Below, piece by piece: positions 1 to 16,370 of a DNA stretch of 64,000 bases. Under the pieces are notes generated by a model that saw only the letters and a program-made list of their open reading frames with translations, searched no databases and was not told where the DNA came from. Origin of the DNA: Eledone cirrhosa (Eukaryota); assembly GCA_964016885.1 (NCBI GenBank), contig OZ024743.1, positions 171,616,001-171,680,000 of the forward strand, given 5' to 3'. The position numbers and the translations under genes are program-made. How positions within the stretch are numbered: the first letter of the stretch is position 1; every line of letters starts with the position of its first letter.

Positions 1-1215
<1,215 letters not shown>

Positions 1216-1369
1216 GCACTCCACTGCATATTAACACACGCAAATAAATATAAGAAAAAAATATATTAATATATATTAACAAAATTTTTGACAGCGATAC
1301 ATGCCCCAGTTAACAGGACAGACACGCGTGGTAAGTAATACACACATAAGCACATATACATACAAAGAG

Positions 1370-2248
1370 TCTTGCCATCCTCCTATAGTTTTTAATAATC
1401 TTATTCCTAACATTAGCCGTAGGATTTCTACCTTATCTTCGTCTATAGACATTTTTAATAAAGCCGCCCCTTATTATAATAAAGCCCTTAAGAACAGCGG
1501 TTTTACAGAAAATATTTCTTATCTACCTACTCCCCCCCCCCCTAAAACTAACCATAATAACAGGAAAAGGAAGATTATTTGGTTCACACCCCCCTTCTCT
1601 CTAAATGTCAAAACTAATGTAGGAAGGAAATTCCTTGAACTATTAGACAAACATTTTCCTCCTATTCATAGATATTATAAGATTTTTAATAGGAATGTAG
1701 TTAAGATCAGCTACTCTTGTTGCCCATCCATGAAGTCCAAAATCACCAGTTCAAACCGTACGAGGATCAATCCAGGATGCAGTTGCAGGAAGCCGGACGA
1801 ATGCCCATTGCAGGGTAAATGTAACACAAAATCTGTCGTTTATGAGGCTAAAATAACGCCAGTTATCAACAACCAGCCAGCCAGAAGCGAGCGATATGTC
1901 GGTATGACCCAGGACAGGTTTAAAACCAGATTTTACTCACATGTCGCTTCTTTTAAACACTCAGATAAACGAACATCAACGGCCCTCGCAAGTAAGGTAT
2001 GGGATCTCAAGGATAGTAATATCCCGTACTCTATTGATTGGTCTATATTAGACCATTCGAGGGAGTACCAAAGGGGCACAAAGAATTGTTCTTTGTGTAC
2101 CACAGAAAAGTATAGGATTTTGCTAAACTTGAGAGACACTTCCGCTTGCCTTAACTCTAAGACTGAGATCTTCAGATGCTGTCCTCATTTGAAATCGCAT
2201 CTGATCTGTAACTGGATTGACACTCCTACGATAAATCAACCGCCTTGA
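1370..2248 (+). mobile_element. Penelope-like element (Naiad-type), 5'-truncated: RT C-terminal/linker region plus GIY-YIG endonuclease
   Basis: ORF 1301-2248 contains HPP..NISRRISTLSS, RKRKIIWFTPPFSLNVKTNVGRKFL, KIFNRNVVKISYSC, CSC-x5-CPLQGKC, VVY..YVG (GIY-YIG), CSLCTTEK, LNSKTE..CPH. The first ~23 codons are flanking sequence. Confidence 0.88.
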
Positions 2249-2409
2249 ACTCCTTCTCTGCTCTTTACTTTTGCTACGGTTTTTATTTTGCAGCTTCTAC
2301 CTTCTGTACTCTTGTATATTTAAAATTTTTTTTTTTTTTTCTCCCTTACCTCCCCTTATATTTTTACCTCCTCTTAGCCCCCCCCCCATATATTCTTCTT
2401 GTTTTGCCC

Positions 2410-3197
2410 TTCACATACCTATGTGTATGTGTATGTATTTTTGTGTGTATATATGTATATGTGTACGTATATGTTTGTGTATGTATATATATGTGTATGT
2501 ATGTATGTATATGTATGTATATGTATATATATATATATGTATATATGTCTGTGTATATATGTATGTGTATATATATATATATGTGTGTGTGCGTGTCTGT
2601 ATGTGTGTATATATTTGTATATTTGTGTGTGTATATGTATGTATATGTGGATAAACCAGGCCTTTTTTTCATTCTGAAGATTGAAGGAAATTTTTTTTGC
2701 TTTTAAGAAACCTCTGGTGAATGGATTAATTGCCTTGTATGGCTTTATTACTTTACTACTATATATACGTTTATGTAAGGTTCATTTGTCTTATCTAATA
2801 CTGAGCTTTACACATACACACATGTATATGTGTGTGTGTATGTGTATGCATGTGTGTATGTGTACGTGTATGTGTGTATATATGTATATTTTTTTATATA
2901 TATATGTGTATATATATATATGTATATGTATATATGTATATATGTATATGTATGTGTATGTATGTATATGTGTGCGTGTGTATTTATTTATTTTTATGTA
3001 TGCGTGGGTTTGTGTGTGGGTGTGTGTGTGTGTATATGTGTGTGTGTTTGTATTTGGTTGTGCGTTCTTTTGATATATACGTATTTGCATGTGTATAATT
3101 GTTTAGCTATGTATGTATATGTGTGTTTACGTATTTATATGTGTGTGTGCGTTTATATTTTTATATTTTCGTATGTATATATATATATATATGTATG

Positions 3198-3252
<55 letters not shown>

Positions 3253-3408
3253 ATATAATTACATATACATGTGTGTGTTTATATTGTATACGTGTACGTG
3301 TTTGTGTATGTATGTGTATGTACGTGTTTATGTATTTGTATATGTATATTTATGTGTGAGAGTGTGTGTATGTGTTTACTATTTCGAACGTATGTATATG
3401 TGCTTATG
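2410..3408. repeat. (TG)/(TA)-rich low-complexity tracts flanking the 2668 hammerhead motif
   Basis: Direct reading. Confidence 0.9.
2668..2725 (+). ncRNA. Type I hammerhead ribozyme motif, probably inactive (G at the cleavage position)
   Basis: TTCATT-CTGAAGA-TTGAAGG..CTTTTAA-GAAA-CCTCTGG-T-G-AATGGA; stems I-III pair; lies downstream of the PLE ORF. Confidence 0.65.
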
Positions 3409-3608
3409 NNNNNNNNNNNNNNNNNNNNNNNNNNNNNNNNNNNNNNNNNNNNNNNNNNNNNNNNNNNNNNNNNNNNNNNNNNNNNNNNNNNNNNNNNNNN
3501 NNNNNNNNNNNNNNNNNNNNNNNNNNNNNNNNNNNNNNNNNNNNNNNNNNNNNNNNNNNNNNNNNNNNNNNNNNNNNNNNNNNNNNNNNNNNNNNNNNNN
3601 NNNNNNNN
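3409..3608. other. Assembly gap (200 N)
   Basis: Run of N. Confidence 1.
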
Positions 3609-4405
<797 letters not shown>

Positions 4406-4503
4406 TCTACCTGGAGTTGCGACCGATAGATAGTATTAGCAATTGGAAAGACCAACGGAAACATAGTTTCCTCGGTCCGATTTGACGAAAGTCGGTCGAC
4501 TAG

Positions 4504-6454
<1,951 letters not shown>

Positions 6455-6455
<1 letters not shown>

Positions 6456-7177
6456 AAAACAAATAACGAAACGAAATTAAATTTCGTTTCGTTTGTAACT
6501 CACTTTTGTATGACTGACGCTTAAACAATTAAGTTTAAAATGTACATCTACATATGTATACTGAAATACTAGTGTGTATATGAATACACACACGTATACA
6601 TATGTAGGTTTAACAAGTCTTTCACTGGTTGCTTTACTGTGAGCAGCCCAGCTATTCTGTATGTAAACACACAGACAAACCGGTTTTTTAGAGTCATACT
6701 GGTTTTCGGGGGAACACCTTCCCTCTATTCTCCAGAAAGCCAGACAAGGAATATTGAACTAGTTTCGTTGTTGTTACACCTCATCAGCAATATTTACCTA
6801 TCTACCGGCCCTTCTGGAGAATTGTAAAAGCACATATCGTTATATGCTTTTTCTATGAAAACAACGAAACTAATTCAATATTCCTTGTCTGGCTTTCTGG
6901 AGAATAGAGGGAAGGTGTTCCCCCGAAAACCAGTATGACTCTAAAAAACCGGTTTGTCTGTGTGTTTACATACAGAATAGCTGGGCTGCTCACAGTAAAG
7001 CAACCAGTGAAAGACTTGTTACACCTACATATGTATACGTGTGTGTATTCATATACACACTAGTATTTCAGTATGCATATGTAGATGTACATTTTTAACT
7101 TAATTGTTTAAGCGTCAGTCATACAAAAGTGAGTTACAAACGAAACGAAATTTAATTTCGTTTCGTTATTTATTTTT
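6455..7177. repeat. Long near-perfect inverted repeat (arms ~6455-6772 and ~6860-7177), likely inverted Penelope pseudo-LTR
   Basis: Arms are reverse complements over ~318 bp with few mismatches; ~87-bp spacer; a hammerhead overlaps the left arm/spacer boundary. Confidence 0.92.
6750..6794 (-). ncRNA. Minimal type I hammerhead ribozyme with palindromic stem III
   Basis: Minus strand reads AATATTG-CTGATGA-GGTGTAACAACAAC-GAAA-CTAG-T-T-CAATATT; 7-bp stem I, ACTAGT palindrome. Confidence 0.85.
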
Positions 7178-8469
7178 TAGTGCCTTAAATAAATGCTTCC
7201 CTCCCTCACATATCTATAGTAAAATATTTAACAAACACACCATCTAATTTTCGTATTCTACATCCTCCAATATTTCCAACATCATCTCTAAACACAACAA
7301 CAAAATATTAAATACTAAATCTCTTCCTTCCAATATTGAATTTCATAATAACAGTAATAGTACTCCCGACGTCATTGTAAACCCTAGGCTAACTTCTGTA
7401 AACCCAAATACAACGTCAAACACAACTTCGCTAAATGTTCATAATCCAACTCTAAATCAAGAAACTATTATTCTTATTATTCCTATCGCAAACAACTTCT
7501 CCAATCCAATTCCTTCTATAGATAACACTAGATCACTCATTAATAATCTCTCTAATTGCAACTGCCGCATTAAAAATAAATGTCCTCTCAACAACCATTG
7601 CCACGATAAAAACTTAATTTATGAATGTAAAATTATAACTAGCACCAATTCCTTCACCTATTTTGGCTCCACTTCCACCTCTTTTAAAGCTCGTCTCTAT
7701 AATCATCATTCATCTTTCAAATACAAACTTAAAAGAACTAACACTGCTCTCTCAGAACTCATATGGTCCTTAAAAGACAAAAACATTAAATATAACATCT
7801 TTTGGAAAAAGATTTCTTCTGCATCCTCATACTTGAACAGCTCTCTATCTAAAATCTGTAATCTCTGCCTAAATGAAAAATTTACCATTATCTCTAACCT
7901 AGAATCTATAATAAATAGACGCTCAGATTTGTTTTCTATCTGCCTGCATAAATTCCATAGAACTTTTCACAAAGTATACAGTTAATATTCAATTCTTTAT
8001 CAATTTAGAATCTTTTCTCAAAGGCACATATACATACACCTCTTTAAAATATATCCATCTACCTTACTTTAAAGGGCATTATACACTCTATAATACTCGT
8101 TTACTCATTACCCTCATTCTATCTTCTCGTAAAATAATAACATTTGTTTTTGACATTTTGAATATTCATCCGCAATCATTATTATTTTTTCTCTCTATCA
8201 TAAATCTTTTTAATCTCAATTTCATCCTTAATTTATTATTATTATTATTTTTTTTTTCTCCCCATCAACGAACTCATTATTAATACATATCAATTCAATA
8301 TACAAACTTTAACTTCACAATATTTTTCTCAAATCCTTCTACACACAAACCCTAACAATTTTTCTCTTCGCTAATTTTGAAATTGCCACAATACATACAT
8401 TTCTTCTTTTGACGTTAGAATATTCACCCACAATTATTATTTTTTTCTCTCTATCTTCATACATAATTT

Positions 8470-8876
8470 CCCTTCGTTAATTTTCAAATTCCTTTAATTT
8501 ATACATTATCTTCCAACGGTTCCCAACCTCTCTATATTAAAACAATATATCTTTTTCTCAGTTATAAAAACTATCTCTTTCTCTCTATCACCCATCTCTC
8601 CCTCTCCACCTTCACTCTCATCTCCTCCCCCCTTTTTTTCATCCTTCCCCCCCCCCTCCCTAAATAAAATATTTTTTCCTCGCACATATCCTCCCTTCGT
8701 TAATTTTCAAAATTTTTAATTTATACAGTATCTTCCAACGGTTTTCAACCCCTCTATGTAAAAAATATATCTCCTCTCAGTTATAAAAACTATCTCTTTC
8801 TCTCTATCACCCATCTCTCCCTCTCATCTCCTTCCCTTTTCATCCTTCCCCCCCTCTCTAAATAAAATATTTTTCC
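8470..8876 (+). repeat. ~200-bp imperfect tandem duplication in the PLE 3' region
   Basis: CCCTTCGTTAATTTTCAAA...TAAATAAAATATTTT occurs at ~8470-8676 and ~8694-8876. Confidence 0.85.
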
Positions 8877-8971
8877 CAATATCACACATCAATCTAAAAC
8901 CACTTTTCATATGTTGATTTAAAACTGCACTATCAACAAGTGTTTTTTTTAGCCTTCATATCATGTTCTCC

Positions 8972-9042
8972 TGTTTTATCTGATGAAAACACAAACATTA
9001 TTGCTTGATGATGTTTGTTTTTGAAATGCGCATAATAAAATA
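8972..9042 (+). ncRNA. Type I hammerhead ribozyme, long stem II, palindromic stem III
   Basis: TGTTTTAT-CTGATGA-AAACACAAACAT..ATGTTTGTTTTT-GAAA-TGCGCA-T-A-ATAAAATA. Confidence 0.88.
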
Positions 9043-9075
9043 TATGGAACTCCTTTAACCATCTTTTGATCTTAT

Positions 9076-9796
<721 letters not shown>

Positions 9797-10311
9797 GGTG
9801 GCTGCCAACTCGTTTTCGAGTACGGCCACCACTTTATATCCATGTAGGAGAACCCCTACCGATGCACTCTGGTACAAACACTACACTTGTGACAATTATT
9901 GACACAGTGCTGAGCCCATAGTACCATGTGACAACAAGTGCAGAGCGATCTCCAGATATAAAGCAATGCCTGTGCCGTGAAGCTTTTATAGTGAGCAAAG
10001 GCACTGCACATATCCAGTCCCACTCTCTTAACCAAGATGATATTTACCAAAAAGAAGAACACGTCAACATCATTGGATACTATTAGAGTTGCAGGTGTTA
10101 TATCAGAGTTTTCCATCTCCTAGAATTCTGCCTTGACAAAGGCTAAGGGGTCATCTCTCCCGGTGATTTTGGATAGCCATTGACTCTTAAGAGCTCCTTT
10201 GCCCTTTGACATATATATATACATATAAGTATTGAAATTTCCGTTGGAAACAGAAAAGGTCATAGAAGTGAAGAGTGCTCTATGTAAGTATCAGAGCAAA
10301 ATTTAATGTAT

Positions 10312-10385
10312 AAAAATCAATACAAGAGGTTTCCCGAATGAAGCGAATACGAAAGAAACGTCTTCATTCGTTCGTCAGACGAGGC
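10312..10385 (-). ncRNA. Degenerate hammerhead ribozyme motif
   Basis: Minus strand: CTGACGA-A-CGAATGAAG..CTTCATTCG-G-GAAA-CCTCTTG-TA; 9-bp stem II but weak stem I; lies at the end of a T/TG-rich tract (10230-11640, -) resembling the 3' region of the first PLE. Confidence 0.55.
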
Positions 10386-11163
10386 AATATAAAACATGGG
10401 TAAATACTTGGAAAGTCTCGTCAAGAAAATCAAAAAAAATATAGACAAATGAATTAGAAATTGAAATATATAATAATAATATATATAAATCTATCAAGAA
10501 ATATAGTTAGGTGTGTGTATATATATGTATATACGCTCACAGATGTGCATATATGTGTATGCACACATGTATACGTATAGTGAAAAAGTGTGAGTAAATA
10601 TAAAATTTAGGGCAAATGTATCTGTATGTCTGTAATTTACAGACAGAATAGATACATCATAAGAATATGAAGGCGCGCGCATAAACACACCTACACACAC
10701 GTACACTTAGATGCGGAAGTAAAAGGGGTAAGGGAGTGTAATAACTAAAGGAAAGTATCAATCTCGATATATTTATAAAAATGGAACAATAAAATAGAAA
10801 GAAAAAAGTTTTTAGAAAGAAAAAATTAAAGAAAAGAAGACAAAAAAGGGGTACATACATACACACACACACGCATATCTCACAAAAGAAACGCAAAAAT
10901 ATACATGCTTATATACACACGCACACTTACACATCCATACGTTCGATACGTACATACACACACACACAACACACATACTTACACTCACGCATATTGACCT
11001 GTTTGCATGCACACGCATAAAAATGAGTAAGTAAAAAAAAGAGGGGTGAGAAGAAAAAAGGAACAAAACATAAAACCTAGATGTCAAAACACGGATATAA
11101 AGACACATACACATACGCATAATATATACATACACACACACACATACATACATATATATACAT

Positions 11164-11212
<49 letters not shown>

Positions 11213-11645
11213 CACGCACGCGCGCGCACATACGTAGTCGTTCATGCACATATATAGAAAATATAGAAAGTATACACACATTAAGGCGTTCAGCCATATT
11301 GATACATGGTGTAAAAAACTTGTGGATAAGTAAGTACAAATATAAAATTGTAAGATTGGCTGCGCAAAAATAAAAAAGTAAAAATAAAAATGAAAAATAT
11401 ATCTGGATTGGAAAACACAAATGAACTCTGTAATCAGTTAGTGAGGGAAAAGGGGAAGTAAAAAGGGGAAGTAAAAAATGGAAAGTAAATCGGAGAATAA
11501 GGGGGGGGGTTATTGGTGGATGTGAAGTAAAAATAAAAATAAAAATAAAAATAAAAATAAAAATAAATGAAATTAATGACAAGGATAAAAAAGAAGGTAA
11601 GTCAGAAAGGGTAATTAAAAAGTAAGTCAGAAAGGGTAATTAAAA

Positions 11646-11896
<251 letters not shown>

Positions 11897-12027
11897 GCAA
11901 AAGTTATATTTAAAATTGTTGGGATACAACAAGTAAATATTTTTATAACTGATATAAAGCACTCGACAAGGATTTGGAGTAGATATACGATATTAATAAA
12001 TGGAAACTACATTTTTAAAACCATATT

Positions 12028-12092
12028 TATTTCATTATACATATTTCAGGGATACCAAATTAAATGATGGTATGCCTTCATCAGACAAAATA
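12028..12092 (-). ncRNA. Type I hammerhead ribozyme
   Basis: Minus strand: TATTTTGT-CTGATGA-AGGCATACCA..TGGTATCCCT-GAAA-TATGTA-T-A-ATGAAATA. Confidence 0.85.
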
Positions 12093-12199
12093 CAATATAT
12101 AACAGTTTTACAAATAAGCGTTGACGTACCCTATTAAAATGCAACCATTGTTTTTGGAAGTCATCCGGATAGTTTATCAGTCATAGTGTTAAGGACAAT

Positions 12200-13340
12200 T
12201 AGAAAAAGACGGAAAGAAAAAAAAAGACAGAGAGAAAACAGATGAGGGGAAAATATAGCTAGTAGAGGTATGGAGAGCAAAAGAGAATTGATCAAGGAAA
12301 GGGAGACAAGTAGGAATAATTATAATTATAGGGAGGGATGAATTATATATATCTATACATTTGGGCATAGCTATACGATAGAGTAAATTCGAATCATTGA
12401 ATTATTGAATTATTTAGAAATATTCATCAATCTAAGTCCTAAATATAACTGGATGTAATTAATTGTTTCTACTTTTGGCACACGGCGAACAATTACCCAG
12501 TACATTACTGGTACTTTATTTTATCGACCCCGTAAGGATGAAAGGCAAAGTTAACCTCGGCGGGATTTGAACTCAGACCGTAAAGGGACCGTAAAGGGAC
12601 GTGACTGTGCTGGAAAGCATGGCGTCTGACTCTCTACCGATACTGCCAATCCACACCACAATCCAACCTTTATTAATTATAACTGGATGTAATTAATAAA
12701 GGTTAATTTCCTTAGTTAATTAGTTATATATAGTATCCAAACGTATATACTATCCAAAAGTTTATAAATATCTGTATTATCATGTTTGCAAATAGTTTAA
12801 ATATGAATTCATGAAATATGATTTTATAAATTAAATATGATAGTATACTTTAATATTAATACAGATATTTATAAACTTTTATGGCCTGAAATATTATACA
12901 CTTTAATTAATTCATTACTCTGAACTAACTTAAATGATTTGAAAGTTAACGGTCAACCGGATACGTTTGGATAGTATATATAACTAATTAACTAAGGAAA
13001 TTAACCTTTATTAATTATACCCAGTAATACACTGAGTAATTGCTAGCCTTGTACCAAAAGTAGAAACAATTAATTACACCCAGTTATATTTAGGATTTAG
13101 ATTGATGAATATGTCTAGATAATTCAATAATTCAATGATTCGAGTTTACTCTATCGCATAACTATGCCCAAATGTATAGTTATGTATAAATATATATAAT
13201 TCATCCGTCCCTATAATTATTATTATTCCTCTTTGTCTCCCTTTCCTTGATCAATTCTCTTTTTCTCTCCATACCTCTACTAGGTATATCTCCCCCTCAT
13301 CTGTTTTCTCTCTGTCTTTTTTTTTCTTTCCTCTTTCTTC
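12200..13340. repeat. ~1.1-kb nested imperfect palindrome
   Basis: 12200-12512 pairs with 13020-13340; 12690-12746 with 12961-13017; 12756-12779 with 12857-12880. Confidence 0.9.
12463..12655 (-). mobile_element. SINE family 2 (B box plus Meta-domain-like GCCTTTCATCCTTACGGGGTCGATAAAATAAAGTACCAG)
   Basis: Reverse complement of the copies at 21846, 22052 and 59464; TATAACTGGATGTAATTAAT is repeated at 12444 and 12678 (TSD-like). Confidence 0.85.
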
Positions 13341-13550
13341 AATAATAATTTGAATATCTAACAGTTATGTAAATTACTGTTATGTAATTTTAAGCCTTCT
13401 TACATGCACCCTCTGTATTATATGTATTATATGTAAGTTTTTTCATGTATCAATCTTAAGGTATATAAATATTGAGTTTTGTCATATCTTACTCACTACC
13501 ATGACTGGATCTTAACCATCTACTATGTCAGGGTATGTCATGCATCATCT

Positions 13551-13617
13551 TATTTTATCTGATGAGGACGTGCTGTTGAAGTTAGCTCAGTACCTCTGAA
13601 ATATGTATAATAAAATA
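13551..13617 (+). ncRNA. Type I hammerhead ribozyme
   Basis: TATTTTAT-CTGATGA-GGACGTGCTG..CAGTACCTCT-GAAA-TATGTA-T-A-ATAAAATA; 8-bp stem I; followed by (TA)n. Confidence 0.82.
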
Positions 13618-13680
13618 TACTTGATCACAAGAAGTTCTATTTTTGTTAATATTTTGAATTTATATATATATATATATATA

Positions 13681-13897
13681 ACGAAGGAAATGTGGTAAGG
13701 AACCAGGTGGACCATAACGCACCAAAGTACTCAATACTTAGGGTAGTAGAGTGGGTAATAGGAACAAGTAAGACCCCGGCGGCTGAGCTCAAGCCGTTTC
13801 GACGGCTAATTCTGGACTGAATTAGCCGACTGAATCAGTCTAGAATTAGCCGTCGAAACGGCTTGAGCTCAGCTGCCGGGGTCTTACTTGTTCCTAT
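13681..13897 (-). mobile_element. PLE terminal (pLTR) fragment with a 63-bp fold-back, flanked by (TA)n
   Basis: 13681-13820 closely matches 16371-16510; 13758-13820 is inverted at 13835-13897; both arms carry the GAAA-CGGC..GCYG stem III half of a hammerhead. Confidence 0.8.
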
Positions 13898-13992
13898 ATA
13901 TATATATATATATATATATGCGCGCGCGCGTGCGTGTGTGTATTCGTGAGTGAACAATAATATTGCTTGAAGCATTGTGGAATATATAAAAC

Positions 13993-14470
13993 AGCCATTT
14001 TGGAAGCCTCAACAATGCAGATGGGTAAATCTCCGGGTAACAAAATTAGGTGGTATTGAGCTGGGGGAGAGAGAGAGAGAAGTAGGAGCAAGCGTAAAAA
14101 GAGACGTAGAGAGCGTAAAAGAATGTAAGGAAGGTGTAAAAAGATAATAAGAGATACCTTAGAAGCGATTTAATCCCTATATTTCGGGCGCACACGGTAA
14201 ACAACGAAGGCCACGGTTTGTTCTTCTCCGACACAACTCTTTCCCCTCGGAAAACCCCTGTTGATGGATGTGAAATCCGAAATATAGGGGCTATTAAATC
14301 ACTTCCAAGGTAACTTTATTTCTTGTAATCTTTTTACAACTTTCTCCCGTTTTTTTACGCTCTATACGTCTCTTTCTAAGCTTCATCCTATTTCTCTCTC
14401 AGCTCAATACCACCTGATATTGTTACCCGGAGATTTACCCATCTAGACTGTTGAGGCTTCCAAAACGACT
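13993..14470. repeat. Diverged ~190-bp inverted repeat (fold-back/MITE-like or inverted pLTR)
   Basis: TTTTGGAAGCCTCAACA..GGGTAAATCTCCGGGTAACA..TATATTTCGG (13993-14188) is complementary to 14277-14470. Confidence 0.85.
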
Positions 14471-14627
14471 ATTTAACAATAATATTATAATGATACCATA
14501 ATGTTATAATAATATTATTGTTATCCACTCATGAATACACTTAGATATCCACCACGTTAAAAGCGAAAACATAACTCTTTTTAACTTGTTTTGATTATCA
14601 TTTCTTTTCAGATAAATGATTGCAGAC

Positions 14628-15135
14628 ATGAAACTAACCCAGCCAATGAAAAGGCACGCTGTAATTGTTGCCTTAAAGGCAAGGCATTTAGAGATTTCTT
14701 GATTCCTGAAAGTTGGACGGTCATTTGTTGTCAAATTTCGCAAAAAAATGGAAGCCGCTGTCAGGGAATCAACAGCCGTAGCCAAATGTAAAACACCTAA
14801 ATGTCCTAATACAATCAGAACATTCAAATGTGTACGAAAGATGCAGAACATTATCGATAACAACCCCAGAAGGTCAATCAGTCCTATTTCAAAGGAACTC
14901 AAGGTTTCAGGGTACATTAATGGAAGAATTGTGCATGATGACGTTTGATGCAAGTCATACGTTGATATGCGCATAGCCTTTGTTGAGCAAGTAGATACAC
15001 CAAAGAGCCTGGAAATTATTATTTTTTCTCTGATGAGAAAAGAACTTTGATCAGCAGCGCCAAAAAATAAACCAAATGAATGACATATGGTTATGTAGAG
15101 AACATAAAGTCGTTCCAGCGATCATGCACACAAAT
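14628..15135 (+). pseudogene. Decayed Tc1/mariner-superfamily (maT-like) transposase fragment
   Basis: MKLTQPMKRHAVIVAL..TIRT..IIDNNPRRSISPISKELKVS..RIVHDDV*CKSY..FFSDEK..KINQMNDIWL; HTH region and first catalytic Asp motif, with stops and frameshifts. Confidence 0.7.
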
Positions 15136-16050
15136 ATATTGATTAAATATTTTGTCTGGAACTTATTTTATCAATCCCTATTAAATGACTTTGTCAGTCT
15201 TAGCTCAAAGCTACGCAATTCAGGCTAAATATCAAAGAGTATTTTTGGTTGACGCATCGATTTATTGCTGAAATAAACACACATGTATATATATGTGTGT
15301 GCGTAGTGTATAAATGACGGGCTTTCGTGAACCCAAAATTGTGGTTTTGAATCACATGGTTTTGAATCACAGGGGTTTTGAATCACATGGCTGTAAAACC
15401 TCACACGGATATGTACATGCATAAGCATAATATATAGAATATTATCTCGTTAGTCTTCTATCAAAAGATAGAATGAGAAATAAAAGAAGAAATAGAAAGA
15501 TAAACGAATGGGAGTCGAGGAAGGAAGGGAAAAGAATTCTTGGTGAAAAAGCACGTGTGTTTAGTTAGCTATATATAATTTATTTCACATAGAAATTACT
15601 TCTACAGGATTAGAGGTCTTGAGATGTTTCATTAATTTCAAATCACTAGAAAGTCACTGGGAAAGTCCAGATGGTTACAAACGAATGAAACAGTTTTAGC
15701 CATCAAAAAGTTATTCCTACATGAAAAATACCATGCATCTTTTCTCCTGAATGTCCTCATTACCTTATTTAACTGCGGCCTCCCTTCCCCTTATTTTCAA
15801 ATGTAAAAACGAAAACGGTTCTAAACAAAACAAATGATCGATATGTTCCTCCTTAACTGGTGTCATTTTAGCCCTGAAATAATATGTTGAAATATACCGG
15901 GTAAAACATTACTTCGTGTTGTATTATTTGTTATTCTTTGTATTATTTGTAATTCTTTCTGAAACTTATCGTGTATATATATATCAGAGCGTGAAATTAA
16001 TAAACATTCATTGTACTGCCTCTCCGTTTTGTCCCTGTTCAAATTTTTCC

Positions 16051-16116
<66 letters not shown>

Positions 16117-16370
16117 AGAAAATGAGTTTTTTTTTCCAAAATGAAAAAAAAACGAGATGTCCGACAAGAATGAAAGTATAAGGAAAAAAGATGAAATCGA
16201 AAATGGAGTTTTTTTAAGAATATTGATTTGGTTCCTTTACCGGTTTCGCAGTTCTTATGCTTTTAAAGAGTAGAATTGAGATGGAGGGTTTGTGGTTTTT
16301 CTCATACACACACACAGACACACATACACACACACAGACACACACACGCACACACATATATATATATATA

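Larger units (their letters stand above)
7185..9075 (+). mobile_element. Second Penelope-like (Naiad-type) 5'-truncated element: coding remnant ~7185-7985 plus 3' region with hammerhead
   Basis: Manual translation (no ATG, absent from the ORF track): LNKCFPPSHIYSKIFNKHTI*FSYS..IISKHNNKIL..CNCRIKNKCPLNNHC..LIYECKI..TYFGST..FKARLYNHHSSF..TALSELIWSLK..CNLCLNEK..INRRSDLFSICLH; stop at 7983-7985; ends in (TA)n. Confidence 0.87.

Noticed and set aside
9797-10210. Possible LINE UTR remnant or host exon
   Set aside because: No convincing protein motif or splice-bounded frame recognised; left unassigned
15029-15045. CTGATGA..GAAA resembling a hammerhead core
   Set aside because: No stem II or stem I; it is the FSDEK codon string of the transposase remnant
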